Shown here piece after piece: positions 55,499-64,000 of a stretch of 64,000 nt of DNA. Within the stretch, counting starts at the first letter, position 1, and each line of letters begins with the position of its first letter. The notes under the pieces were generated by a model, which saw only the letters and a list, made by a program, of their open reading frames with translations, was not told where the DNA came from and ran no database searches. A program made the translations under genes and the position numbers. Source of the DNA: Meyerozyma guilliermondii (lineage: Eukaryota); NCBI GenBank assembly GCA_051546255.1, contig CP128818.1:868001-932000 (forward strand), in the 5' to 3' direction.

Positions 55499-56812
55499 AT
55501 GCCAGTTCCGGGATATATGGTGTTCCTATTTGCAGCCGTTGCTGTGTCTGTATTATTGGGACACAAGCAATTGGTTGCATTCTACAAAAAAGCGTTACCT
55601 TGTCAGAAACCTCAAGCCAAGGAGAAAAGTGGATATGGGACTCTTGATCAAGTGCCTGAACCCACACCTCTTATGATAACTCCAGAGCAGGTAAAAAACT
55701 ACGATGATCGGCCCTGGAGGCCGTTCAGATGGCCTTATCACCAAACGATGTCAATTTTCAAGTTGGATATCAACCATTGGCTCGACATGGATAAATACTA
55801 CTGGCACTATATTGAGGAAAAAAGAAGAATATGGTTCAAGTACGGAAAGGAAAATATCGATTGTCTTCCAGAAGGAGAAGATGCAAGCATGGAACTCATG
55901 GAGACCGTGGTGGATCACCTCTTGAAGAGGTATCCTCTTTTGTTCACTGTGTTAGAAGACAAGAAGGAGAACGGACGGGTGATTAGAAACGAATTGACCA
56001 AAGAAGTGTTGGATATGAGATTACCTTTAAAGGAATCACCACTTTTATATGTGACAAAGTTGGCCAAAGAAGACTTTTATGTTGTCAAAAAGAACCCGGA
56101 GGACGGAAAGCACTACTTGGTGGCTGCTGCGGTTCCATTTCCCGGTGGATCTTTTGGTATCGATTCGAAAATCGGCCATCATATCGACACTATTCACGAA
56201 GATGTTCCCTACTACAAAGAAAAGTTGCAAAAGTCGATGGAAAGATGGTTTCATAGAATGAAGGTTGGTGAGCCAGTGGAAAGAGCGTCGTGGTATATTA
56301 CGTGGGACCACAAGCTCAAGTTGAATAATGTGTACCAATTGCCCAAGTACCAACCCAATTTGGCGGCTGACTTGAAGTCCACCGAACCAAGACAATTTAA
56401 TGTTCGAGTCGAAAGACAAACCCTTAGAAGGTTACCCAAGACCCAAGCAATCATCTTCACCAATCACCCGGTTTTTTATTCAATTGAGGAGATGAAAGAT
56501 GAACCACTTGTTCCCTCGCTCTTGAAGAAAATCTTGTACGAAGGTCCTGAACAGATTATCAAGTACAAAAATTTCGAGAGTTTCAGAGACCATATCAGTG
56601 GATACCTCGATGAGTTGATCAATCGTCAACTAGAGTTGGGAATAATTACTCCAGAAACTCCACTCAAGACTCTCCCCACATATCCATTTGCGCACTTTGT
56701 GGAAACCGACTTTGACTATGTCAATGGCTGGACAAACCCCAGTCCCGCTTATGACAAGAGCAAGAACTACTCCGAGGAGGCCAAGAAGGAACTTACACAC
56801 CCCAACGATTAG
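55499..56812 (+). CDS. DUF3445 / heme-dependent oxidative N-demethylase alpha-like protein with an N-terminal TM
   Basis: RPWRPFRWPYHQTM, KEDFYVV, IHEDVPYY, RVERQTLRRLPKT. Confidence 0.75.
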   Translation: MPVPGYMVFLFAAVAVSVLLGHKQLVAFYKKALPCQKPQAKEKSGYGTLDQVPEPTPLMITPEQVKNYDDRPWRPFRWPYHQTMSIFKLDINHWLDMDKYYWHYIEEKRRIWFKYGKENIDCLPEGEDASMELMETVVDHLLKRYPLLFTVLEDKKENGRVIRNELTKEVLDMRLPLKESPLLYVTKLAKEDFYVVKKNPEDGKHYLVAAAVPFPGGSFGIDSKIGHHIDTIHEDVPYYKEKLQKSMERWFHRMKVGEPVERASWYITWDHKLKLNNVYQLPKYQPNLAADLKSTEPRQFNVRVERQTLRRLPKTQAIIFTNHPVFYSIEEMKDEPLVPSLLKKILYEGPEQIIKYKNFESFRDHISGYLDELINRQLELGIITPETPLKTLPTYPFAHFVETDFDYVNGWTNPSPAYDKSKNYSEEAKKELTHPND

Positions 56813-56958
56813 CCTTAGCCAGTGTAGCTGCAAATTATATGATGCCCAAAGTAGTCCCAAAGTAGTAACTAGCGCCGAAGACTGCAGGTGCCGTGCAGAG
56901 ATGGAAATTAAATGCATAATTTAAATCGACTGACTAAATCTCCTCTTTCCCATTTTTT

Positions 56959-58335
56959 ATGCCCATACAAAGTGTCGGAGAACAGCCGCTCGAGAGCTTT
57001 GAATTGCAGCCGCCTGGAGGCGTGAGCAATAGTGTCTATCGCGGCTCGGAGCCAGAATTGAGTCAGGAAACAAGCACTATTTCGCAGAATGAAAATCACG
57101 AAGATCATGACTTTCCTGACGGAGGAACGAAGGCTTACAGTGTAGTGTTTGGGTCGTTCATGGGACTCGTATCTACCTTTGGTTTGCTCAATTCCATGGG
57201 TGCCATCCAGGCTTATGTTTCTATACACCAATTATCGCATGTTTCGACCTCAACCATTTCGTGGATATTCTCCATCTACTTGGCGCTTTCGTTTGCAGTG
57301 GGTGTGGTCGTAGGACCGGTTTTTGACCGAATCGGGTCCCGCTTGCTACTTTTAGGAGGTTCTTGTTTGTCATTTGCTGGTCTAATGTCAACAGCAAGTT
57401 GTACCCAAGTTTGGCAATTTATCTTGGCGCTATCGATCTGTGTTGGATTGGGAAACGCCCTCATGGTCACCCCTTTGGTGGGCGTTATCGGTCAGTGGTT
57501 CTGTCGTAAGCGAGGCGTGGCAATTGGAATGGCAACTACTGGAGGTTCTGTGGGAGGAATTGCTATACCTTTAATGCTTCGGTCGTTGTACACCCTGGTG
57601 GGATTCACTTGGGCCATTCGTGTCTTGGCATTTTTTTGCTTGGGGTGCCAACTATGTGCTGCTTTATTGGCTACATCCAGAGACGCCATTTACCATTCCG
57701 TCGATAATGACGGAAAAAAGCAAAAATTCATCGACTTTCGTCACCTCTTAGATCGCAAGTTGTCTTTCTTGATAGCAGGCACTTTTGTAGTGGAATTGGC
57801 GCTCATGTCGGCAACCACCTACTTTGCCTCATACGCTATCAAGCAAGGAATCTCCCAGTCCTCTTCCTACCTTTTATTGACCATTTTCAATGCCAGTGGA
57901 GTGTTGGGTCGATGGATTCCAGGCTACATTTCTGACTTCTACGGACGCTTCAATGTCATGGTGGTGATGTTGATTGGATTTGCTTTGTCCATCTTGGTTA
58001 TATGGCTTCCTTTTGGCCAATACCATGGAGCTATCTATGCATTTGCAGTGGCTGGTGGATTTACCAGTGCATCTATTCTCACGATGACTCCAGTCTGCCT
58101 TGGAGAAATCACTCCAACCAACGAGTTTGGACAGCGATATGGACTTCTTTACATCATTGTGAGTGTGGGAAACCTTTTTGGTATTCCCATGAGTGCAGCA
58201 ATTATTGGGGACGAAAGTGAAAAAAATTATCGCATGTTTGTTCTCTTCTGTGGACTTTTGAGTTTCATGGGCGCTGTGTGTTGGTTTATAAGTCGTTACT
58301 ATATTGTGGGACTCAAACTAAATGTTCGAGTGTGA
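56959..58335 (+). CDS. MFS monocarboxylate-porter family transporter (Mch4/Mch5-like)
   Basis: FPDGGTKAYSVVFG, QWFCRKRGVAIG, GRWIPGYISDFYGRFN; about 12 TM segments. Confidence 0.85.
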   Translation: MPIQSVGEQPLESFELQPPGGVSNSVYRGSEPELSQETSTISQNENHEDHDFPDGGTKAYSVVFGSFMGLVSTFGLLNSMGAIQAYVSIHQLSHVSTSTISWIFSIYLALSFAVGVVVGPVFDRIGSRLLLLGGSCLSFAGLMSTASCTQVWQFILALSICVGLGNALMVTPLVGVIGQWFCRKRGVAIGMATTGGSVGGIAIPLMLRSLYTLVGFTWAIRVLAFFCLGCQLCAALLATSRDAIYHSVDNDGKKQKFIDFRHLLDRKLSFLIAGTFVVELALMSATTYFASYAIKQGISQSSSYLLLTIFNASGVLGRWIPGYISDFYGRFNVMVVMLIGFALSILVIWLPFGQYHGAIYAFAVAGGFTSASILTMTPVCLGEITPTNEFGQRYGLLYIIVSVGNLFGIPMSAAIIGDESEKNYRMFVLFCGLLSFMGAVCWFISRYYIVGLKLNVRV

Positions 58336-58380
58336 ATAGACTACATAATATTTTGCATTGTCATACAATCTTGGGATCTC

Positions 58381-59124
58381 TTATGCCCTTCTTTTACTAC
58401 CCTGCGCTGGTACCCTGGGCACTGGCAGACTGGACTGACTTGCTCCCCTTTGCGAAACTTGACTGGGTGGTCTCTGTTGAGGTTGAGGCTTGCTCAACAC
58501 TTCGACTTCTTCTTTCACAACATACTTTGCCGGTGGTTGCTTTTGGTTGATCTGCTCTGCAAGCTCTGGGTTGACAAACAGTAGCACATACGGAAGTGCC
58601 ATGGTTATCAAGCACACGACGAAAATCGTGGTGTAGGTTCTGTTGCGAAATATGAAACCAAATGGACTGTCCTGGAGCATTTTGGAAAGACCACCTTCCA
58701 GGTCCTCATAGTATTGCGTCGTGCCAACAACCTTCACTTCTAATGGGTTTTCAGCACTAATAATTGCGCGTGATGTTACATTGAGTGGTTTTCCTGTGGC
58801 ATGTTCAACTGCGGCGGTTTCGTCCTCGTTGGAAACTTCAATCTGCCACTTTGAATTTTTGAGTTCAAAGTCATAGCTATCAATTGAGAGCTGGTACAAG
58901 CCAGGATCCAACCCCAATGCACGAAATTTAAACTTCTTGTCTACCGGTATAGCCTCAGACTTGGTTGAACCTTCCAACTGAATGAGTATTCTGGACTGAA
59001 AATTAAGCCCGTTTCTACCCGGGGCAATTCCTCTCGAAGTTTCTGGAAGTCCTGTGAACCTCCCGTACACAGATCCAGCAACAGCCACCGATAGAAGGTA
59101 CAAGAGCACCGTAAACGACAACAT
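58381..59124 (-). CDS. SOP4: ER membrane complex subunit Sop4/EMC7-like
   Basis: Signal peptide MLSFTVLLYLLSVAVAG, lumenal beta domain (G.YQLSIDSYDF), TM followed by NPE. Its neighbours match the RPS14/SOP4/TPT-transporter order recalled from Saccharomyces. Confidence 0.7.
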   Translation of the reverse strand: MLSFTVLLYLLSVAVAGSVYGRFTGLPETSRGIAPGRNGLNFQSRILIQLEGSTKSEAIPVDKKFKFRALGLDPGLYQLSIDSYDFELKNSKWQIEVSNEDETAAVEHATGKPLNVTSRAIISAENPLEVKVVGTTQYYEDLEGGLSKMLQDSPFGFIFRNRTYTTIFVVCLITMALPYVLLFVNPELAEQINQKQPPAKYVVKEEVEVLSKPQPQQRPPSQVSQRGASQSSLPVPRVPAQGSKRRA

Positions 59125-59434
59125 GGAATCGGTAGATTCCCTCAGGGAATTTCGAGAGACCAGTAAAGTGGTGTGCGGGTGTGGTTCGCGGGTATAAAAA
59201 GCACCATCGCGGAATTTTTTCTCTATTGTACATGTGTCGGTATTATTGTAGGGCTTTAATTCAGACATTCGTCTCTCCCAGAATTGAAACTCTCTACAAC
59301 CGGCACTAGAGTAAACTAGTCGTACCTGGACTCGTCTGGGTAAGGGTAGTCACGGAAATTGCGGGCGTGGCTGTTGTGACATTTTGTCACCGATTGCAGC
59401 TGGGCATTCTAGCCTTCCAAATATTTTTTTGTAG

Positions 59435-60769
59435 TTACCGTCTCTTTTTCATTGCTCGCGATCCCCACCGGTCATAGCTGTACATTCCAAGGGAGATCAT
59501 GGCAAGACCGCAGAGTTGTAGTGTAGAAATTGCTCCGAACCACTTGTCGCTGTTATCTTGAATTTCGGGTTTTCCAATGGCCAATACTAGGCTCACGGTA
59601 ATGAGAACTATTCGCTTCATCATCGAGGCAATGGAGTACGAAAGAGCTGGAATCAGACCCAAAAGATGGAATGCCAAAAGCGTCTGGATGAAATGTGACA
59701 ACGAGTCGAGAATGATTAGAACCACCACAAACAAAAATTCTGAAGAGGCATCGATATCGGTGTTTGTCGCCGTAATCCGCAGCATCAACAGGCCAGATTC
59801 CTTGAATAGGAACACCACAGACAGACAAACAAAGCCAATGCTTGAGCAGTAGAAGATTGTAGTCATGCGGTCAGGTTTGGATGCCTGCGATGTAGAAACA
59901 AACATATTGTTATCCTGGGTCACCTGGATGTATGGGAGCAGCTGGTGGTCCGATTCTGCCTGTTTTTCGTTGACTCTGAGATCAGAAGTTGAAAATGGTA
60001 ATCGAATAGAGTTTGTCCTCTGTCTGAAACCATTGGGTTTATGTTCTCCATACGAAGAGCTCAACTCTGGGACTTGGTATTCTGGTAGAGGTGTCGTTGG
60101 TCGGCTGGGCTCGGTATTGAGCATCATTGAAGCCGGTTGGCTGGGTGTGTCCCAAGTTATCAACTCTTTTCCATATATATTTTGCGCTGCAAAAATGAAC
60201 ATGCTGAGCAAGCAGAAAGTGACACCCGTAATCTGGGTGGAGGTGAAGCCACCATGAAAGAATTGAGTGCCAGACTCGGATATAATCATGAGAACAACCC
60301 CAAAAACCAAAGGTGTTAATGACAAGACGGTTGATACTGGTACATGAACATTGTACACTATGCGGTATCCAGCCACAATTAGGAGTGGCGAGAGCGCCTT
60401 GAGGCTCGATACGGTAGAAAGGGGTATCATAGACGTCGCTTTGAGCGAAGCATACTTTCCACTGAACTGAAAAAGTCCCAAAGGACTGACTTTGAGAAAT
60501 GAAAGTTTATGAAAAAGTGGTTTTGCGGGATCTGTGGGCACGCTTCCCAGTGGGAAATGACTGGTGGTATCGGGAAATGACTTTGAAAAGTATATAAATG
60601 CTGCAGAAAGAAGTGCTCCGAATAAGAATTGAGCCTGGCTTAAAAATAGCGGATAGTTAAATCGAACAAGGATTACTTTGGTTAATTGCGATGTTATCGA
60701 CGACACTAAATACCATGCTAGGCACGCCAGTGTGGTTTTTACCTGAATAGGAGGTAGGAAAGACACCAT
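59435..60769 (-). CDS. SLY41: Triose-phosphate-transporter (SLC35E) family protein, Sly41-like
   Basis: CLAWYLVSS, YPLFLSQAQF, KALSPLL, QNIYGKEL, YSIASMMKRIVLI. Confidence 0.7.
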   Translation of the reverse strand: MVSFLPPIQVKTTLACLAWYLVSSITSQLTKVILVRFNYPLFLSQAQFLFGALLSAAFIYFSKSFPDTTSHFPLGSVPTDPAKPLFHKLSFLKVSPLGLFQFSGKYASLKATSMIPLSTVSSLKALSPLLIVAGYRIVYNVHVPVSTVLSLTPLVFGVVLMIISESGTQFFHGGFTSTQITGVTFCLLSMFIFAAQNIYGKELITWDTPSQPASMMLNTEPSRPTTPLPEYQVPELSSSYGEHKPNGFRQRTNSIRLPFSTSDLRVNEKQAESDHQLLPYIQVTQDNNMFVSTSQASKPDRMTTIFYCSSIGFVCLSVVFLFKESGLLMLRITATNTDIDASSEFLFVVVLIILDSLSHFIQTLLAFHLLGLIPALSYSIASMMKRIVLITVSLVLAIGKPEIQDNSDKWFGAISTLQLCGLAMISLGMYSYDRWGSRAMKKRR

Positions 60770-60866
60770 AACAGTGGCTGGTCCAGCTTAACATACTCCG
60801 CAGCCGAGATATGGAGAGGCTGTGTGCAGGAATATATACTGGAGATGGGCAAGTTCATAGCTACTA

Positions 60867-63800
60867 TTACCATACATATACTCTTCCAGAGACATCACCA
60901 ATAACGAATTGGAGAATTCCTCGGCAAAGACGGTCGTCGGGATCAACTTCGGTTTTTTTGAGAAGTTCTATGCAACTCACGGTTTGGATATCTGTAGCTG
61001 AAATATCGACATGGTTCAACTCTTGGAGGCACCAATTGTTGATTTTCGGAACCAATTCCAACACCTGGATGCTTGTTGACAGTCCGGTGGTGAGGGTTAA
61101 AGCTAGAATTTCGTTATTCCAGTAGCTGTGATTATTCACCACCGACCGACGATCCGACGGAACCACTGTTCCATTAGAACTTGCAAAAGCCAAAGCTGTG
61201 ACTTTCTGTGAAAGCAGGTACGAGATCACCTCCTCGCCGTTGATGGTGTAGATATTCAAAACCTGTTTATCGTTTGTAGAACAAATAGCAGCGATGTTTC
61301 CATTGTCTTCAGACAAAGCAATGAGCTCCACATTTTCTGCTTTCACCTTCCGAATAAACTTGTTCCGAACCAAATCCCAGCAGATGGCAAGACCAGAAGC
61401 ATCGATACTTACGCCAAACCGGTGGCTTCGGTTGTACTTGATGGCCTTGATTTCCGTATTGTGGCCCCGAAGAACACATTGAAAATTAAGACTCTTTGCT
61501 GAATGGTACTTCCACACATTTATAACCCCATCCTCGGAGCCGGTGAGAAACTGCTTGTATCCCATCTGGGTGAGGGCAGTGATGTTGAAGTCGTGAAGGC
61601 CAAGAAAAACAGTAGAATTGATTATCAACGAACCACTTTCGTCTTTAAAATGGTTCACCTTGCGTATCAAAAGATCGTCCTCGGCACTGATACAAGCCGG
61701 TCTCCCCACCCATTTGTTGCCCTTGGTGCTCCACTCTAGCTTCTTTATTGGCAAGCTGAGTTTAGACTCAAACAGAAGCTTGGGAGGTCCATTTACGCAG
61801 CTTATCACCATGTACAAGCTTGGAACGTTGAGTACCTCTTTGGCAAGGTGAGGACGGCTGAATAGTTTCATTGGAGTTTGGCCGAAATTGTTGATGGCTC
61901 CGATAACTGCCCTTTTTTCGGTTTCGTCGTCAATATTGTCGATGTTAATAGCTCCATTATATGAGAGGTGGTGAAATACATTGAGACTTTTCACGGCTTC
62001 AGGTCCACTTTGCTTGACGCCAAAGATGAGGTCGATCCAAAGATGGAGGTTTGCAGACACATAGGAGCTCTCTAGAGCCTCTCTGTTCTTTGCAATAAAT
62101 ATTTTCGGGTCACCATGGGCCCATGGAGGTAGTAGCACATCGTTGACCGAGGTTCCATTTTGAAGGTTTCCCAACGCAAAATTATTGGAGTTGACTAAGA
62201 ACTCAGGAAGGTAGAAGAACTCGGGCGTGAGCTCTTTGACATCTGTGGTGTTATCGCGAGCAGCCAGGTTCCAAGCCTTTTCAACTGAGTAGAATAGTCT
62301 ATCGGCATGGTCGAATTTTCCACCTTGCAAAAGCAAATACGACTGAACATGAGGTCGAAGTCGAATGAGATACGATGTCACCACCATAGCCGAAGAATAA
62401 TGGGTTCCGTAATGGAACGGTGGAGCATGCTTGTCATTCAAGCTTTCTAAAGCCTCGTACCGCTCTTTGAACTGGTTTGCTCGTGGCTGGGTTTGAGCGC
62501 CCATTGGCTTGGATAAATCTCTGAACGAGGCAGGATTCAGAAGATCCAATGTTTCGCTGGTATAGTCGGAAATTACCCAAGGAAACACGGGGTACTGGGT
62601 CAAATCATTGTAGGTTCTTCCAGCGATCGTATTGATTATCATGAGATAGTAGAAGTTGGATATCTCTCCCATCTTCCATTTTTTCGTAGCTTCAAGGACA
62701 TTCATATTGGCGAAAGCCAGGGTGAATTTGGACGCAAAGAAAGAGCCAGTATTGGAGTTGCTGGTGCTGTGGTGCAAGATACTGGAATTGAGCGCCTTGG
62801 TGAGATCAGAATCTAAACCAACCCCAGTAGCCAACGACAGTAGCTTGGAATAGATACTATCACGATCTTTCTTGGAAAGACAAGTAACCAAGACACTGGC
62901 TCCGTCGCTGAAAAACATCTCCATGGCCACGTCCCGAAGCAAAAATTGTCGCTTGGAAACGCAACTTAGTTTCTCCAAGCTCCAATTCTTGTTTCGGTGA
63001 AGTTTGTGCTCCATCTTGGCGGAAGACGATTGTGAGTTGATGAGCTGCAAATATGGATCTCTGAGCTCTGGTGGAGCATTCGAGGCATTGACAACCGTTC
63101 CATCGGCGCAATGCAAGTAGTTTTCGATCAAGTATATATGGGTGTTGCCTAGAATCATCAAGCTCTCGATAGGTGCCAAACCGTTAATCTGGCTCACATT
63201 CCAGAGCGCAACAATTTGATCTCCCATGTAGAGGCTTCGTAAGACTCTTCGATTGCGATCATCAAAGTCAGTGTTTTCATCGGTATCCTCATCATTGATT
63301 ATCTCGTAGTCGTCGGCGTCGTTGGTATCATCCACCTCTGTTGAAAGAGCCATGGAGCTGAGTCCAGAGACTGCTTGCTCATAGGTGAGTGCTTGGTCTT
63401 TAAGAGGGAGTTCTTTCGTGGGCACGCTGAGATTATAAGAAAGTCTTTCCGACTCAGAAAGGTGCTCTTCGAGTATAGTTCTCTTGCGCATACTATCGTT
63501 GTTCTCAATATAGTCCAACGAGTAACTTGAAACTTGGCGTCGACTGTCACCCAAGAGCCTTGTAAACTCTGTCTTGTAACTATTGTAGGAGGTTATGAAA
63601 AACTGAGAATTCTCTTCTTTGTCCTGAATGGTTCGGTTGTACTTTAATGTCTCGGTATGGATTATCAGGCTCTTGAGTCTCTCACAATCACGGACAAAAA
63701 TGTCCAAGTATCCACTGTCGTTTAGTCCCAAGGAGCTTCCGTTGTGAAGCATAACGCTCATCATATCCATGACTTTGAGCCGGCTGGCACCAGACCTTTG

Positions 63801-64000
63801 GTCTTCAGGGCTGACAATTAACGAAAATTTTGACATGAAGAATCTTTTAACCTTGGGAAGATTTATACTCTTCATTGACTCGGAGTCATTTTGAGACATC
63901 AAAGCTCGGTAAAATTCTATCACGATCAGCTGGCGATCTTGCTGGCCCTCCACGGTAGCCTCACGAACAATCCGGTCAAATCTATCCATGGTAAGCATGT
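60867..64000 (-). CDS. BPH1: BEACH-domain protein Bph1, C-terminal part (PH-BEACH-WD40)
   Basis: ISNFYYLMIINTIAGRTYNDLTQYPVFPWV, HYGTHYSS, GGKFDHADRLF, DVKELTPEFF, NFGQTP. Confidence 0.93.
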   Translation of the reverse strand, partial: MLTMDRFDRIVREATVEGQQDRQLIVIEFYRALMSQNDSESMKSINLPKVKRFFMSKFSLIVSPEDQRSGASRLKVMDMMSVMLHNGSSLGLNDSGYLDIFVRDCERLKSLIIHTETLKYNRTIQDKEENSQFFITSYNSYKTEFTRLLGDSRRQVSSYSLDYIENNDSMRKRTILEEHLSESERLSYNLSVPTKELPLKDQALTYEQAVSGLSSMALSTEVDDTNDADDYEIINDEDTDENTDFDDRNRRVLRSLYMGDQIVALWNVSQINGLAPIESLMILGNTHIYLIENYLHCADGTVVNASNAPPELRDPYLQLINSQSSSAKMEHKLHRNKNWSLEKLSCVSKRQFLLRDVAMEMFFSDGASVLVTCLSKKDRDSIYSKLLSLATGVGLDSDLTKALNSSILHHSTSNSNTGSFFASKFTLAFANMNVLEATKKWKMGEISNFYYLMIINTIAGRTYNDLTQYPVFPWVISDYTSETLDLLNPASFRDLSKPMGAQTQPRANQFKERYEALESLNDKHAPPFHYGTHYSSAMVVTSYLIRLRPHVQSYLLLQGGKFDHADRLFYSVEKAWNLAARDNTTDVKELTPEFFYLPEFLVNSNNFALGNLQNGTSVNDVLLPPWAHGDPKIFIAKNREALESSYVSANLHLWIDLIFGVKQSGPEAVKSLNVFHHLSYNGAINIDNIDDETEKRAVIGAINNFGQTPMKLFSRPHLAKEVLNVPSLYMVISCVNGPPKLLFESKLSLPIKKLEWSTKGNKWVGRPACISAEDDLLIRKVNHFKDESGSLIINSTVFLGLHDFNITALTQMGYKQFLTGSEDGVINVWKYHSAKSLNFQCVLRGHNTEIKAIKYNRSHRFGVSIDASGLAICWDLVRNKFIRKVKAENVELIALSEDNGNIAAICSTNDKQVLNIYTINGEEVISYLLSQKVTALAFASSNGTVVPSDRRSVVNNHSYWNNEILALTLTTGLSTSIQVLELVPKINNWCLQELNHVDISATDIQTVSCIELLKKTEVDPDDRLCRGILQFVIGDVSGRVYVW

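Overview
Gene-dense chromosome segment of a budding yeast of the CUG-Ser (CTG) clade; Meyerozyma-like is an inference. Conserved serines in Cdc48 and Dpm1 are encoded by CTG, so some L residues in the ORF track are really S. About 38 genes are present, five with spliceosomal introns that the ORF track misses: UBA4 (partial), a p24/ERP gene, ESF1, RTC5, KEI1, RIO1, RTG3, SFT2, HNT1, CDC48, DPM1, UBA2, PFY1, two YciI paralogs, NRP1, a CSC1-like channel, a WOR2-like Zn2Cys6 factor, three Bem1-module genes, YPK3, YUH1, THP3, a DSF2-like gene, LAP2, YIP3, RPL39-RPS22-RPS14, an MCH-type transporter, SOP4, a SLY41-like transporter and BPH1 (partial). Most of this is ordinary housekeeping content. Five things stand out. 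(1) A ~5.5 kb mosaic island between RIO1 and RTG3 is built from truncated or frameshifted host gene pieces (MXR1, TAF12-like, DEAD-box-like), two orphan membrane ORFs, a telomere-like motif and a 96-bp hairpin tandem array. (2) A tandem trio of Bem1-module genes (SH3-PX, SH3-PX-PB1, PB1 only) includes one with a Ste7-like MAPK docking motif. (3) A 989-aa protein appears to be built from several degenerate RNase III-like domains. (4) An oriented GCACC(C/G)GTGCACC element recurs 35-70 bp before start codons. (5) A candidate structured RNA lies after CDC48. All family assignments come from motif recognition by eye; no database searches were run.
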